The notes under the pieces were generated by a model that searched no databases, was not told the origin of the DNA, and saw only the letters and a program-made list of their open reading frames with translations. Position numbers and translations under genes: made by a program. A stretch of 64,000 nucleotides of DNA from an uncultured Hyphomonas sp. (GTDB lineage: Bacteria > Pseudomonadota > Alphaproteobacteria > Caulobacterales > Hyphomonadaceae): assembly GCA_964350465.1 (NCBI GenBank), contig CAYGKE010000004.1:20616-84615 (forward strand). Direction: 5' to 3'. Positions 54,258-64,000 of this stretch are shown piece by piece; within the stretch, counting starts at the first letter, position 1, and every line of letters starts with the position of its first letter.

Positions 54258-55349
54258 CTAGCTGCCAACCTGACCTCGGTGTCGCAATTTTGCATCAGCC
54301 AGCACACAGGCCATCATGGCCTCAGCGACAGGCACGGCGCGAATGCCAACACAAGGGTCATGCCGCCCCTTGGTGCGGACATCCACCTCTTCGCCGTCTC
54401 GTGTCACTGATTTGGTCTCGGTCAGGATCGAGCTGGTCGGCTTGATTGCGAGCCGCACGACAACATCCTGTCCGGTTGAGATACCGCCCGCAACGCCGCC
54501 ATTATTGTTGGAAAGAAAAGCAACCTTGTCGCCTTCCATGCGCATCTCGTCGGCATTCTCTTCGCCGCTGAACGCGGCTGCTGCGAACCCTGCGCCGATC
54601 TCAACGCCCTTGGCGGCATTGATACTCATCATCGCCCCGGCAAGTTCGCTGTCGAGCTTGCCATAGACCGGCGCGCCCCAACCGGCGGGAACACCGCTGG
54701 CCTGCACCTCGACCACGGCACCTGCCGATGACCCGGCTTTGCGTGTGTCATCCAGAAAGCTTTCCCACTGTTTTGCCATCGCAGCGTCCGGGCACCAGAA
54801 CGGATTGTTCTGTGTCTCGGCCCAGTCCCAGTTCTCGGGGTCGATCATGTGCGGGCCGATCTGCACCACCGCGCCGCGAATGATAATCTCCTCGCCCAGA
54901 ACCTGCCTTGCCACGGCACCTGCGGCGACCCGTGCTGCTGTTTCCCGCGCCGAACTGCGACCGCCGCCGCGATAGTCGCGCACGCCATATTTCTGATCAT
55001 AGGTATAATCGGCATGGCCGGGCCGGTAGCGATCGCGGATTTCGCTATAGTCTTTCGAGCGCTGATCGACATTTTCGATCATCAGGCTGATCGGCGTTCC
55101 GGTCGTGACCGCGCCATCCGTGCGATCATCTTCAAACACGCCGGACAGGATTTTCACATGATCCGGTTCCTTGCGCTGGGTCACGAAACGGCTGGTGCCG
55201 GGCCGTCTTTTGTCGAGGAAGCTCTGGATCAGCTCTGGCGTCAGCGCCAATCCGGGCGGGCAGCCATCCACCACACAGCCGAGCGCCGGGCCATGGCTCT
55301 CGCCCCAGGTGGTGACGCGAAACAGGTGTCCAAATGTATTGTGCGACAT
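54258..55349 (-). CDS. aroC: Chorismate synthase
   Basis: [34 protein letters not shown]. Confidence 0.95.
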   Translation of the reverse strand: MSHNTFGHLFRVTTWGESHGPALGCVVDGCPPGLALTPELIQSFLDKRRPGTSRFVTQRKEPDHVKILSGVFEDDRTDGAVTTGTPISLMIENVDQRSKDYSEIRDRYRPGHADYTYDQKYGVRDYRGGGRSSARETAARVAAGAVARQVLGEEIIIRGAVVQIGPHMIDPENWDWAETQNNPFWCPDAAMAKQWESFLDDTRKAGSSAGAVVEVQASGVPAGWGAPVYGKLDSELAGAMMSINAAKGVEIGAGFAAAAFSGEENADEMRMEGDKVAFLSNNNGGVAGGISTGQDVVVRLAIKPTSSILTETKSVTRDGEEVDVRTKGRHDPCVGIRAVPVAEAMMACVLADAKLRHRGQVGS

Positions 55350-55427
55350 ACAGGATTGTCCGTGGTTTCAAATCTAGCGGTGTCCTATATGCAATCTGGA
55401 GAACAAACAAACTCTTAGGATCAAGCC

Positions 55428-56090
55428 ATGAGCGACGAAACGACCGCGATCCCGCCCAGCCCAAGCGCAACCGATTATGCCGGCCATGGTGACCGCCCGC
55501 TGATCCCGGAGGCGAGCGAGCCTTATGCGCTGCTGAAAGCCTGGCTGGCTGAAGCCCGCGAGCATGAGCCAAATGACGGCAATGCGATGACGCTCGCCAC
55601 TGTCGACGCAGATGGCTTGCCAGATGCCCGCATTGTTCTGCTCAAAGGCGTCAGCGAAAAAGGCCTCGCCTTCTACACAAATTATGAAAGCGCCAAGGCC
55701 GAGCAATTGATGACCCATCCCAAGGCCGCTCTGGTCTTTCACTGGAAAAGCCTGCGCCGTCAGGTCCGGGTGCGCGGCGAGATCACCAAGGGCAGCGCCG
55801 AAGAGGCCGATACCTATTTCGCCTCCCGCGCCGCGCAAAGCCGGATCAGCGCCATCGCCTCTGACCAGTCGCGCCCGATGCCGGACCGTTCCGTGTTCGA
55901 GAACCGCATCGCAGAGCTTTCATCAATCTACGGCGATGATGACGATATCCCGCGCCCACCGCATTGGGGCGGCTTCTGGTTACAGCCTAGCCAGATCGAG
56001 TTCTGGCAGGACCAGGCCTTCCGCATGCATGACCGGCTGAGATTGCAACGAAGCGGCGCAGGCTGGACCGCAACCCGGCTGTATCCCTAG
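55428..56090 (+). CDS. pdxH: Pyridoxamine 5'-phosphate oxidase
   Basis: NAMTLAT, RIVLLK, FYTNYES.K, RPPHWGG, EFWQ..RMHDR, RLYP. Confidence 0.93.
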   Translation: MSDETTAIPPSPSATDYAGHGDRPLIPEASEPYALLKAWLAEAREHEPNDGNAMTLATVDADGLPDARIVLLKGVSEKGLAFYTNYESAKAEQLMTHPKAALVFHWKSLRRQVRVRGEITKGSAEEADTYFASRAAQSRISAIASDQSRPMPDRSVFENRIAELSSIYGDDDDIPRPPHWGGFWLQPSQIEFWQDQAFRMHDRLRLQRSGAGWTATRLYP

Positions 56091-56899
56091 CTTAGCGCAG
56101 GGCCGCCGCCTTCAGGCTCAAAGATATGTCCCGCATTTGGGTTGTCACGATCGATAATCTGTTCTGGTCCAAGCGCCACGAAATCGACAGCGCTATGCGT
56201 GCGCAGATACATGGTCAGGCTGAAATTATCTGGCGGCGGCATGTCGGGCGCAAGTGACGTCTGGACCGAGGCCTGGAACGTCAGATCATTGCCGCCGGTT
56301 GATTCAGCCTTCAGCACTTTCAACTTGTCATCGGCCGCTTGCATCCGGGCCTTGTCGCCGTCTGCCAGTCTATAAGTATTGATGTGAAAGCCGGGGCGCA
56401 TCTCACCTTGCAAGAGTTCGCTTTGCACGCCGCTCGACAGTTCCAGCACAAATGTCTCGTCAATCGGCACAGAGCCATCCGCCATAACGACCTTGAACAG
56501 CCAACGCGCCTCGCCCTCTTTGGCACGGAACTCGTTGCGCAGGCGGATCGCGACTTCGAGATTCGCCAGGTCGTTTTCAAACGGATTGGTTGAGGCGACA
56601 GCTGCGCCATTGCTCGCCGGCGCGCGCGTCTCAGATGCTGGCGCTGGTGCAGGTGTCGGCCGCTCAGCCGCAGGCGCAGGACTAGATGCCGGCGCAGGAC
56701 TTGGCGAGGGGGCAGGATTTTGCGTCGGCGCTGGCGAAGGCGAAGGGCTTGGCGATGGAGCAGGTGATGGCGCCGGACTTGGCGCGGGTGCTGGTGATGG
56801 CGCTGCTGGGGCCTGTACGGGTGCAGGCGCTGCACTTTTTCCGCACGCACCAAGCGCCGCTGCGGCTACGCTGATAAGAAGAAGTCTACGCATATTCAT
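56087..56899 (-). CDS. Hypothetical lipoprotein with Pro/Ala/Ser-rich linker
   Basis: LGA-C lipobox, about 10 SPAP/SPSP units, then a globular domain. Confidence 0.75.
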   Translation of the reverse strand: MNMRRLLLISVAAAALGACGKSAAPAPVQAPAAPSPAPAPSPAPSPAPSPSPSPSPAPTQNPAPSPSPAPASSPAPAAERPTPAPAPASETRAPASNGAAVASTNPFENDLANLEVAIRLRNEFRAKEGEARWLFKVVMADGSVPIDETFVLELSSGVQSELLQGEMRPGFHINTYRLADGDKARMQAADDKLKVLKAESTGGNDLTFQASVQTSLAPDMPPPDNFSLTMYLRTHSAVDFVALGPEQIIDRDNPNAGHIFEPEGGGPALS

Positions 56900-57005
56900 C
56901 CCTCATGTCTTGTTCCCTCAATAAGGCCTGCCGGCTGTCATTGGCAATCACCCAGCTTCACCCTGACCATTGCAAGACAGCCTGAGCCCGCCTAAAGCGC
57001 GGGGC

Positions 57006-57677
57006 ATGAGCCTGAAACTTGCCATATGGGATATGGATGGCACCATCGTGGACAGCCGCGAGGTGATCCAGACCGCGATGGTGCGCGCCTTTGAGGGCGA
57101 GGGTCTCGCCCCGCCCAGCTATGACCAGACACGCCAGATTGTCGGACTTGGCCTTGAGGAGGCGATTGCAAAACTCGCCCCTGAGCATGATGACATCGCG
57201 GCGCTGGCGGAGCGCTACAAACAGGCCTTTGTGCTGCGCCGGACAGAGCCGGAATTCAAGGAACATCTTTATGACGGCGCGCAGGAAACACTGGAGCGCC
57301 TTGCCAATGATAACTGGCTGATTGCGCTCGCGACCGGCAAGTCGCATCGCGGTATCCGTGCCATCTTCGACATGCATCCGCTAGAACAGTATTTCGATAC
57401 GATCTGGTGCGCCGATGATGGCCCCGGCAAGCCGCATCCGTTCATGTGCGAAGAGGCGATGAAGGCACTTGGCGCTGAGGCACATCAAAGTCTGATCATC
57501 GGTGACGCCATCCATGACATCGCCATGGGCCGCGCGGCGGGCATTCGCGCCATCGGTGTCGACTGGGGCTTTGGCGAGGCGCACGAGCTTCACGCCGCTG
57601 GCGCGCACGAAGTACACAGCGCGTTCGAGACACTGAATGACAGCCTCGACCAGTTTGCCGACGCACTCATCAAATGA
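57006..57677 (+). CDS. HAD-IA family hydrolase
   Basis: WDMDGT, ATGK, PGKPHP, IGDAIHD. Confidence 0.88.
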   Translation: MSLKLAIWDMDGTIVDSREVIQTAMVRAFEGEGLAPPSYDQTRQIVGLGLEEAIAKLAPEHDDIAALAERYKQAFVLRRTEPEFKEHLYDGAQETLERLANDNWLIALATGKSHRGIRAIFDMHPLEQYFDTIWCADDGPGKPHPFMCEEAMKALGAEAHQSLIIGDAIHDIAMGRAAGIRAIGVDWGFGEAHELHAAGAHEVHSAFETLNDSLDQFADALIK

Positions 57678-58381
57678 CCGCCAACCCCAAACGCTTCTAC
57701 AAATCCGCCTCTGTTGAGCAGTCCGGCGAGATCTGGGCAGTCACCCTCGATGGTCGTCCGATAAAAACCCCGGCAAAGGCTGATCTCAGCCTGCCGACTG
57801 AGGCACTGGCAGAAGCCATCGCTGCGGAATGGAATGCGCAGGGCGAGACCATCGACCTGCCATCGATGACGCTGACCCGTCTGGCCAATGTTGCACTTGA
57901 CCGGACACCAGAAACCCGCGCCGAACTGGCCGATGAACTCGCACGCTACGCCGAAACCGATGTCACCTGCTTTCTGGCCGAAGGTCCGGCAGCCCTTCGA
58001 GACAGACAGGACGCAGCCTGGCGGCCCTGGCGTGATTGGGCAGGGCAGGCGCTCGGCATCATGCTGGTGCCGGTCGAGGGTCTGATTGCGTCGCCGCAAC
58101 CTGCCGCGTCACTCGAGGCGGCAAAAGCCCACGCGCTTGGTCTGGATGATTTTCGCCTGACCGGCCTTGCCTGGGCCTACAGCCTGTTTGGCTCAGCCAT
58201 CCTGGCGCTTGCGCTTGAGCAGGAGCAGCTGAGCGGCGCCGATGCCCTGACCGCATCGTGTGTGGATGAGGACTGGCAGGCTGAACAATGGGGCGAAGAC
58301 GAGGAAGCAAAATCCATCCGCCTTGCCCGCGTCCGCGACGCTGAAGCAGTATCAGCTTGGTTTCAGGCACTTTCGGGCTAG
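57674..58381 (+). CDS. ATP12 family chaperone
   Basis: KRFYK, LDGRPIKTP, AEW.AQ, MTLTRLAN, VDEDWQ..QWGED.EA. Confidence 0.88.
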   Translation: MTANPKRFYKSASVEQSGEIWAVTLDGRPIKTPAKADLSLPTEALAEAIAAEWNAQGETIDLPSMTLTRLANVALDRTPETRAELADELARYAETDVTCFLAEGPAALRDRQDAAWRPWRDWAGQALGIMLVPVEGLIASPQPAASLEAAKAHALGLDDFRLTGLAWAYSLFGSAILALALEQEQLSGADALTASCVDEDWQAEQWGEDEEAKSIRLARVRDAEAVSAWFQALSG

Positions 58382-58413
58382 TCTATCCTTCATAAAAAGA
58401 AGGACAGGGCCCC

Positions 58414-59079
58414 ATGATCATCGTTCATCATCTCGAAAATTCGCGTTCACAGCGCGTCCTCTGGCTGCTCGAGGAGCTTGGCATTGAGTATGAGGTGAAA
58501 CGTTATGAGCGCGACAAGCAGACCATGCTGGCACCGCCTGAATTGCGCGCCGTGCATCCGCTCGGCAAGTCGCCGGTGATCGAGGACAAGGGCATCATCG
58601 TCGCTGAAACCGGCGCGATTTTCGAATACCTGCTCGAGACCTACGATACCGGCCACACGCTGTCGGCGGCCAAGGGCACACAGGAGGCCCGCGACATCAC
58701 CTATTGGCTACACTATGCCGAGGGCTCGGCCATGGCGCCGCTGCTGATGAAGCTGATCTTTGCCACTCTACCAGACCGCGCGCCCGGCCTGATGCGGCCC
58801 GTGGTCAAGAAAATCGCCAAGCGCACGCAGGACAGTTTCATCGATCCGCGCATCATGGAACATGTCAGCTATTGGAACGGTGCGCTGGCCAAGACCGGCT
58901 GGCTGGTTGGCGACAAGTTGTCAGCTGCCGACATCATGATGAGCTTCCCGGCTGAAGCCGCCAAGATCCGTATCGATCTTTCCGGACAGGCCAACGTCCT
59001 GACCTTTGTCGATAATTGCCACGCCCGGCCTGCTTACCAGAAAGCTCTCGAAACCGGCGGTCCCTATGCCTATGCGTGA
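58414..59079 (+). CDS. Glutathione S-transferase
   Basis: HLENSRSQRVLWLLEEL, HPLGKSP, ETGAI. Confidence 0.9.
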   Translation: MIIVHHLENSRSQRVLWLLEELGIEYEVKRYERDKQTMLAPPELRAVHPLGKSPVIEDKGIIVAETGAIFEYLLETYDTGHTLSAAKGTQEARDITYWLHYAEGSAMAPLLMKLIFATLPDRAPGLMRPVVKKIAKRTQDSFIDPRIMEHVSYWNGALAKTGWLVGDKLSAADIMMSFPAEAAKIRIDLSGQANVLTFVDNCHARPAYQKALETGGPYAYA

Positions 59080-59187
59080 CAACTATCTGGTTTGAGAAGC
59101 CAGCCCTAATCACCTGTTAATCCACATGAATGTCGCTGAAACGCGGCACTCACGCTGGGTTGCGTGTGGCTGTGTTTGTCTGCAGCC

Positions 59188-59697
59188 ATGATGAACCGCA
59201 TCATGACTACCCGAGTAGCCGCGCTAGCCCTAGCAGCGCCCCTGCTCTTCACCGCGCCAGCCTTGGCTGACAAGGCGCATGGCAAACGCTCTGGTGCCAC
59301 CATTTCGGTCCAGACCGGTAATGGCGCCATCACCTATTCGACCCGGTCGAACCGGATCAGCTATGCCGGTTATGGCTATCGGGATCGCGCTTATGCCCGT
59401 GATCGCTACGGCCGTCCGGAGCTTGAGCGCCAGGCCAAACGTGCCTGCCGCCGGGCGATTGCCCAGAAGGCGAGCTATATCGGTTTCCGCGATATCGACT
59501 TTGACAGCCGAGGGCGTGCCTACCAGATCGGCCCACGCGGCTTTGAGGTGACCTTTAACGAGGTCGAGTTTGAAGGTCGCCGCCGTGACTTTGAACGCCC
59601 TGTGACCTGTATCGTACGTCAGGGCCAGGTTCACCGGGTCGATGGCATCCCGCAGCCGGGCCGCCACCATCGCCGCCATAACGGCTACCGCTACTAA
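59188..59697 (+). CDS. Hypothetical secreted protein
   Basis: Signal peptide (PALA-D), Arg/Tyr/Gly-rich, two Cys; start uncertain (59188-59203). Confidence 0.6.
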   Translation: MMNRIMTTRVAALALAAPLLFTAPALADKAHGKRSGATISVQTGNGAITYSTRSNRISYAGYGYRDRAYARDRYGRPELERQAKRACRRAIAQKASYIGFRDIDFDSRGRAYQIGPRGFEVTFNEVEFEGRRRDFERPVTCIVRQGQVHRVDGIPQPGRHHRRHNGYRY

Positions 59698-59821
59698 CCC
59701 ATCCCGAACTGCAGAAAGCAGATGACGGTCCTGCCTCTCCATAACCTTGGGGCAGGGCCGTCTTTTACTTGTCAGCGTGCGCTGCAGCATTAATAACCCC
59801 TTCAGAACGCTGGAGGAATGA

Positions 59822-61354
59822 ATGCAAGACGTAATCGACGCCCTGGAAGCCCGCCGTGAACAAGCCCGCCTCGGCGGCGGCGAGAAGCGCATCGCCCGCC
59901 AGCATGAAAAGGGCAAGCTGACCGCCCGCGAGCGTGTCGCGCTCCTGCTCGACGAAAACAGTTTCGAAGAGACCGACATGTTCGTCGAGCATCGCTCGCA
60001 TGATTTCGGCATGGAAAAGCAGCGCATTCCCGGCGACGGCGTCGTTACCGGCCACGGCACGATCAATGGCCGCCTGGTCTATGTCTTCTCCAAGGATTTC
60101 ACCGTGTTCGGTGGCTCGCTCTCGCTGGCTCAGTCGGAAAAGATCGTCAAAGTCCAGAAAGCCGCGGCGAAAGTCGGCGCACCCGTCATCGGCATCTTTG
60201 ATGCTGGCGGCGCGCGCATTCAGGAAGGCGTCGACAGTCTGGCGGGCTATGCCGACATCTTCATGGAGAATGTCCTCTCCTCCGGCGTCATCCCGCAGAT
60301 CAGCGTCATCATGGGCCCGTGCGCCGGCGGCGATGTCTACAGCCCGGCGATGACCGACTTCATCTTCATGGTGAAGGATACCAGCTACATGTATGTCACC
60401 GGCCCGGACGTGGTGAAGACCGTGACCAATGAGGAGGTCAGCCACGAAAGCCTTGGCGGGGCGTCTGTCCATGCCACCAAGTCCGGCGTCGTCGATGGCG
60501 CGTTCGAGAACGACATCGAGGCGCTGACCCAGATGCGCCGCCTGATCGATTTCCTGCCCGGCTCCAACCGCGACAAGCCGCCAGTGCGCCCGACCTTCGA
60601 CACCATAGAGCGCCAGGATGAAAGCCTCGACACGCTGATCCCGGCCAATCCGAACCAGCCCTATGACATGAAGGAGCTGATCGAGAAGACCGTCGATGAG
60701 GGCGACTTTTTCGAGATCAGTCCCGCCTTTGGCGGCAATGTCATTTGCGGCTTCGGGCGCATGGAAGGCGCGCCCATCGGCGTCGTCGCCAACCAGCCGA
60801 TGACGCTGGCCGGCGTGCTCGATATTGACGCCAGCCGCAAGGCGGCGCGCTTCGTGCGTTTCTGTGACTGTTTCAATATCCCGATCGTCACCTTCGTGGA
60901 CGTCCCGGGCTTCATGCCGGGCACCAAGCAGGAATATGGCGGCCTGATCAAACACGGCGCCAAGCTGCTCTTCGCCTTTGCCGAGGCGACTGTGCCCAAG
61001 GTCACGGTGATCACGCGCAAGGCCTATGGCGGCGCCTATGACGTGATGAGCTCCAAACACCTGCGCGGTGATGTGAACTATGCCTGGCCGACGGCCGAGA
61101 TCGCGGTGATGGGGGCCAAGGGCGCGGTCGAGATCATCTTCCGCCAGGATATCGGCGATGCCGACAAGATCGCGGCGCATACGAAGAATTACGAAGACAA
61201 TTTCGCCAATCCGTATGTTGCGGCCAAGAAGGGTTATATTGACGATATCATCATGCCGCACTCAACCCGGCGGCGCGTCGCCAAGGCCCTGCGAACGTTG
61301 CAAGGCAAACAGCTCGAAAACCCGTGGAAGAAGCACGACAATATTCCGCTTTAG
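59822..61354 (+). CDS. pccB: Propionyl-CoA carboxylase beta subunit
   Basis: [45 protein letters not shown]. Confidence 0.93.
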   Translation: MQDVIDALEARREQARLGGGEKRIARQHEKGKLTARERVALLLDENSFEETDMFVEHRSHDFGMEKQRIPGDGVVTGHGTINGRLVYVFSKDFTVFGGSLSLAQSEKIVKVQKAAAKVGAPVIGIFDAGGARIQEGVDSLAGYADIFMENVLSSGVIPQISVIMGPCAGGDVYSPAMTDFIFMVKDTSYMYVTGPDVVKTVTNEEVSHESLGGASVHATKSGVVDGAFENDIEALTQMRRLIDFLPGSNRDKPPVRPTFDTIERQDESLDTLIPANPNQPYDMKELIEKTVDEGDFFEISPAFGGNVICGFGRMEGAPIGVVANQPMTLAGVLDIDASRKAARFVRFCDCFNIPIVTFVDVPGFMPGTKQEYGGLIKHGAKLLFAFAEATVPKVTVITRKAYGGAYDVMSSKHLRGDVNYAWPTAEIAVMGAKGAVEIIFRQDIGDADKIAAHTKNYEDNFANPYVAAKKGYIDDIIMPHSTRRRVAKALRTLQGKQLENPWKKHDNIPL

Positions 61355-61434
61355 GAAGTGGCGCTTAAGTGAACATTGGTAGAAGACACCAATGCCTCCT
61401 TGGGGTCAGGCGCGAACGTAAGCTCTATAGGCCC

Positions 61435-61512
61435 TCATCCTGAGCGAAGTCGAAGGATAAAGGGCCGTGCTTCCCAGACGCCCGCCTCACCCTTCGACTT
61501 CGCTCAGGATGA
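61435..61512. repeat. REP doublet (copies 5 and 6, inverted, 26-nt spacer)
   Basis: TCATCCTGAGCGAAGTCGAAGGATAA (61435-61460) and TCACCCTTCGACTTCGCTCAGGATGA (61487-61512). Confidence 0.88.
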
Positions 61513-61742
61513 GTCTCAAAGGGGCCAACCTTCTGCTCTCGCTCCCTCCGACGCCGAAAGCTGAAATTGGCGTACTGCCCCTTGAGGTCGAGACATGACC
61601 CAAATGTCGGCTTTCAGAGCTTTTCGAAGAAATTGAAAACTGCATATCAATTCAACACTTTCGTTTAATGCGTACATTGCGTGAAAAATTTTCATGAGCG
61701 CAGATAGCAGTTCGAGCAAAAAATGTGTTATGCGCGGCATTC

Positions 61743-62216
61743 CTACGCAAAGCCAAGCCAAGCAAAAATGTGGTCTTTGATAGCGCTGAAAATCACCGGC
61801 CAAGCGCTAAGCCAGCGACCAATTAACCGCCCAACCAAATCAAAAATACTGTCGCCCTCGATTGGCACCGTGCCGACAAAGAGCGGACCAAAAAGAAACC
61901 CCAAAACAACCAGACCCCAAAACATCTCAATAATAAACGCTTTGAGATCTTGCCAACCCTGCCTGCGCCTTGAGGTCCTGTACACCCAATTTATCCTTTC
62001 TCGCGGATCGGTTGGCCCGTTGCTCCAATCGCGGGCAAGGGCCCTCATAGAAGGCAACAAACGTTCAAAGTCTGGGTTTGATTCCGCGAGAGCTTTTATT
62101 TTCTCATAGACGGTTAGCACCTGCTCATCGGAGTAATCCGCGATGAGGTCAGCACCGTACTTCTGCTTAAATGCTTCCCGCGTTTGCTGGACTGTTTGGG
62201 TTGTGGGCTTGTTCAT
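61743..62216 (-). CDS. Low-GC hypothetical membrane protein
   Basis: 157 aa, GGAG RBS, C-terminal hydrophobic segments; no family recognised. Confidence 0.6.
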   Translation of the reverse strand: MNKPTTQTVQQTREAFKQKYGADLIADYSDEQVLTVYEKIKALAESNPDFERLLPSMRALARDWSNGPTDPRERINWVYRTSRRRQGWQDLKAFIIEMFWGLVVLGFLFGPLFVGTVPIEGDSIFDLVGRLIGRWLSAWPVIFSAIKDHIFAWLGFA

Positions 62217-62560
62217 CTTACTCCTACGCTGGTTACAACAGAGCTAGGACCCATGAATAGCATCGTCTTCGAATGCGCTACGGTGACCAGGAAATCCCAA
62301 ATGCCTAGAACACGTTCAATTCGTTTACCAATCTCAAATACCACTCAATCAACCGCTGTGGCAAGTTCGCTCCAGCCTGCAGCAATGGTCCAGTCGAACA
62401 GAGAATTGTTGTGGAGGTTTGCACCTTTTCACCATTGAGTTGACGCTGCGGCGCTGCCAACATCAAACTGGCTCCGAACCGGGGTATCTGCCTCGGGTTT
62501 CGTTTGGCCAACACGTTTCAGCATAGCACCAAAACCACCTAAGCCCATGGACAGGCGGCC

Positions 62561-62584
62561 GATCCCGGAATGAGTCGAGGATGA
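62561..62584. repeat. Degenerate REP-like remnant of a related family
   Basis: GATCCCGGAATGAGTCGAGGATGA; shares the AGGATGA end; single imperfect copy. Confidence 0.3.
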
Positions 62585-62710
62585 TCATCATGTAGGGGCC
62601 TTGGTCGGAAACTGACGCCTCTCAATGCGAAATGTCTCCTCCGACGCCGAAACCAGACATTCCAATTGATGCATTGTTGAGCGGAGCCAAATCGTCCTAC
62701 ACTTCCGCCC

Positions 62711-63208
62711 ATGGCCGAACCCGAAACAAACCCCGCCGAAAGAGACGCGGCTGGCGTCAAGGTCTGGCCGCCGGGTGTGCCGCTGGTCATCCTCATTCTT
62801 GGCGCGCTGCTGCAGCGCTTTGCGCCCTTGCCGAATGGCTGGATGCCTGCCTCGCCTTGGTCGAGCATTCTTGGCTGGGGCATCGTTATTGCCTCGGTCT
62901 ATTTTCTCGGCTTTCAGGCGGTGAAGACGATGCGGTCGACCGGCCAGTCGGAAATCCCCTACAAGCCCTCGACCGAGATTGTTGATCGCGGCCCGTTCGG
63001 TTTCACCCGCAACCCGATGTATCTGCAAATGGTGCTCGCCTGTCTCGGTTTTGGCATTGCCTTCGCTAATCCGTGGCTGCTGATCGGGACGCCGCTTTGC
63101 GCGCTGGGGCTCTATGCGCTCGTCATCCGCTATGAGGAGGCGTATCTGACCCGCAAGTTCGGACAGGCCTATCTCGACTATCAGGCGCGTGTTCGCCGCT
63201 GGCTTTGA
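62711..63208 (+). CDS. Isoprenylcysteine carboxyl methyltransferase/PEMT family membrane protein
   Basis: GPFGFTRNPMYL, EEAYL...FG..Y..Y...VRRW. Confidence 0.87.
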   Translation: MAEPETNPAERDAAGVKVWPPGVPLVILILGALLQRFAPLPNGWMPASPWSSILGWGIVIASVYFLGFQAVKTMRSTGQSEIPYKPSTEIVDRGPFGFTRNPMYLQMVLACLGFGIAFANPWLLIGTPLCALGLYALVIRYEEAYLTRKFGQAYLDYQARVRRWL

Positions 63209-63325
63209 CGGCTTGGTCTGACCCGCCGCCTATCCTCGCCGACGCGCCATCAGGTATTGGCAAAATGGCCGATCTATCCGCCCCCTCTCGGAATGGCCCT
63301 ATACTGAACCTCGATTGACCCTTTT

Positions 63326-63745
63326 GTGACCCTGCTTCTGGACCTTTGCTTTCGCCTGATGACCCTGCGTGTGCTTGACCCTCGACACTACCGCGACGTG
63401 CCGGTCTGGCTCTGGCCTTATGTGCTCTGGCAGCTTTTCTGCTTGCAGGGCTGGATGGAGGAGACCGGGCATCAGGCCCTGTTTACGATTTGCCCGGCGA
63501 CGGGCCGTCTCGACATTCTTTACACAACCGAACCGCTCTGGCCGCAGCGCGGCTGGCAGATGGATGAAATCTATGACGGCCTGCCCGACTGGCGGCTGTC
63601 CGACAGCCTTGATGATGGCGGGGCCAAGCTCAACCTGCTCAACCGGATTGGCGTCTATGTCTCGCGCGACCCCAGCCTTTGCATGGAAACCTTGGGCGCT
63701 GTGCCCCTGACCGAGCTGGCGCAAAGCACCACCGACCCGCCATAA
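63326..63745 (+). CDS. Hypothetical protein
   Basis: 139-aa ORF filling an intergenic gap; weak start signal. Confidence 0.4.
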   Translation: MTLLLDLCFRLMTLRVLDPRHYRDVPVWLWPYVLWQLFCLQGWMEETGHQALFTICPATGRLDILYTTEPLWPQRGWQMDEIYDGLPDWRLSDSLDDGGAKLNLLNRIGVYVSRDPSLCMETLGAVPLTELAQSTTDPP

Positions 63746-63783
63746 CCGATTGCCCTCGCCAAACCCTTCGGGCATGAAGGCGT

Positions 63784-64000
63784 ATGGCGAAACAGTCTCA
63801 AACGATTACCCTGATCGGTGCCGGGCGAATGGGCTCAGCGCTGGCGGGCGGCTGGCTGAAAGCTGGCCTTACCGGCGCAATCCACATTGTCGATCCGCGC
63901 GTCTCGCCGCTGGTGCAGTCCTGGGCCGATGACAGCAAGATCGTTCTCAATGGCGAGGCGCAGCCTGCCGACATTCTCGTTGTTGCCGTCAAGCCGCAAA
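63784..64000 (+). CDS. proC: Pyrroline-5-carboxylate reductase, 3'-truncated by window edge
   Basis: Hand translation MAKQSQTITLIGAGRMGSAL...ADILVVAVKPQ (absent from the ORF track). Confidence 0.85.
   Translation, partial: MAKQSQTITLIGAGRMGSALAGGWLKAGLTGAIHIVDPRVSPLVQSWADDSKIVLNGEAQPADILVVAVKPQ

Noticed and set aside
59765-61261. 498-aa - strand ORF
   Set aside because: Antisense shadow of pccB
52357-61512. Six ~26-bp repeats as a CRISPR array
   Set aside because: Dispersed and inverted in pairs, no regular same-orientation spacing, no cas genes
62213-62524. Pseudogene upstream of the low-GC ORF
   Set aside because: One - strand frame ends in an ATGA overlap but has two internal stops and no recognisable similarity; cannot be supported without a search

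Overview
64-kb chromosomal window from a moderately high-GC alphaproteobacterium; gene content suggests Hyphomonadaceae (inference). No rRNA, tRNA, CRISPR array or prophage was seen. (1) Positions 1-32057 form an uncharacterised catabolic cluster that continues left of the window. It encodes a methyltransferase, HapK/YciI/DUF1330 barrel proteins, an SDR, three PuuE-like CE4 hydrolases, lipoprotein VOC proteins, an AhpD-like protein, a CitE/MaoC/acyl-CoA dehydrogenase/CoA-transferase/MmgE-PrpD module, a PaaK-like ligase, amidase, ALDH, FAD oxidoreductase, a Tat-exported nitrilase-fold protein with a substituted catalytic triad, an isochorismatase and a TonB-dependent receptor. Two GntR/UTRA regulators and two distinct palindromic operator families (4 and 3 copies) tie the cluster together, and both motifs meet at the receptor promoter. 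(2) Positions 32226-52332 are mostly housekeeping: mmsA-acd-mmsB, sodB, the cysG/cysI/cysH sulfate assimilation genes, tdk, an orphan GH50 beta-agarase and fpr. (3) A small low-GC GIY-YIG nuclease gene is bracketed by perfect 27-bp inverted REP-like repeats, and the same repeat recurs as two nuclease-less doublets nearby, a layout like RAYT/REPIN loci but with a different nuclease. (4) aroC, pdxH, ATP12, pccB, a low-GC islet and the start of proC close the window. All family calls come from motif recognition, not database searches.
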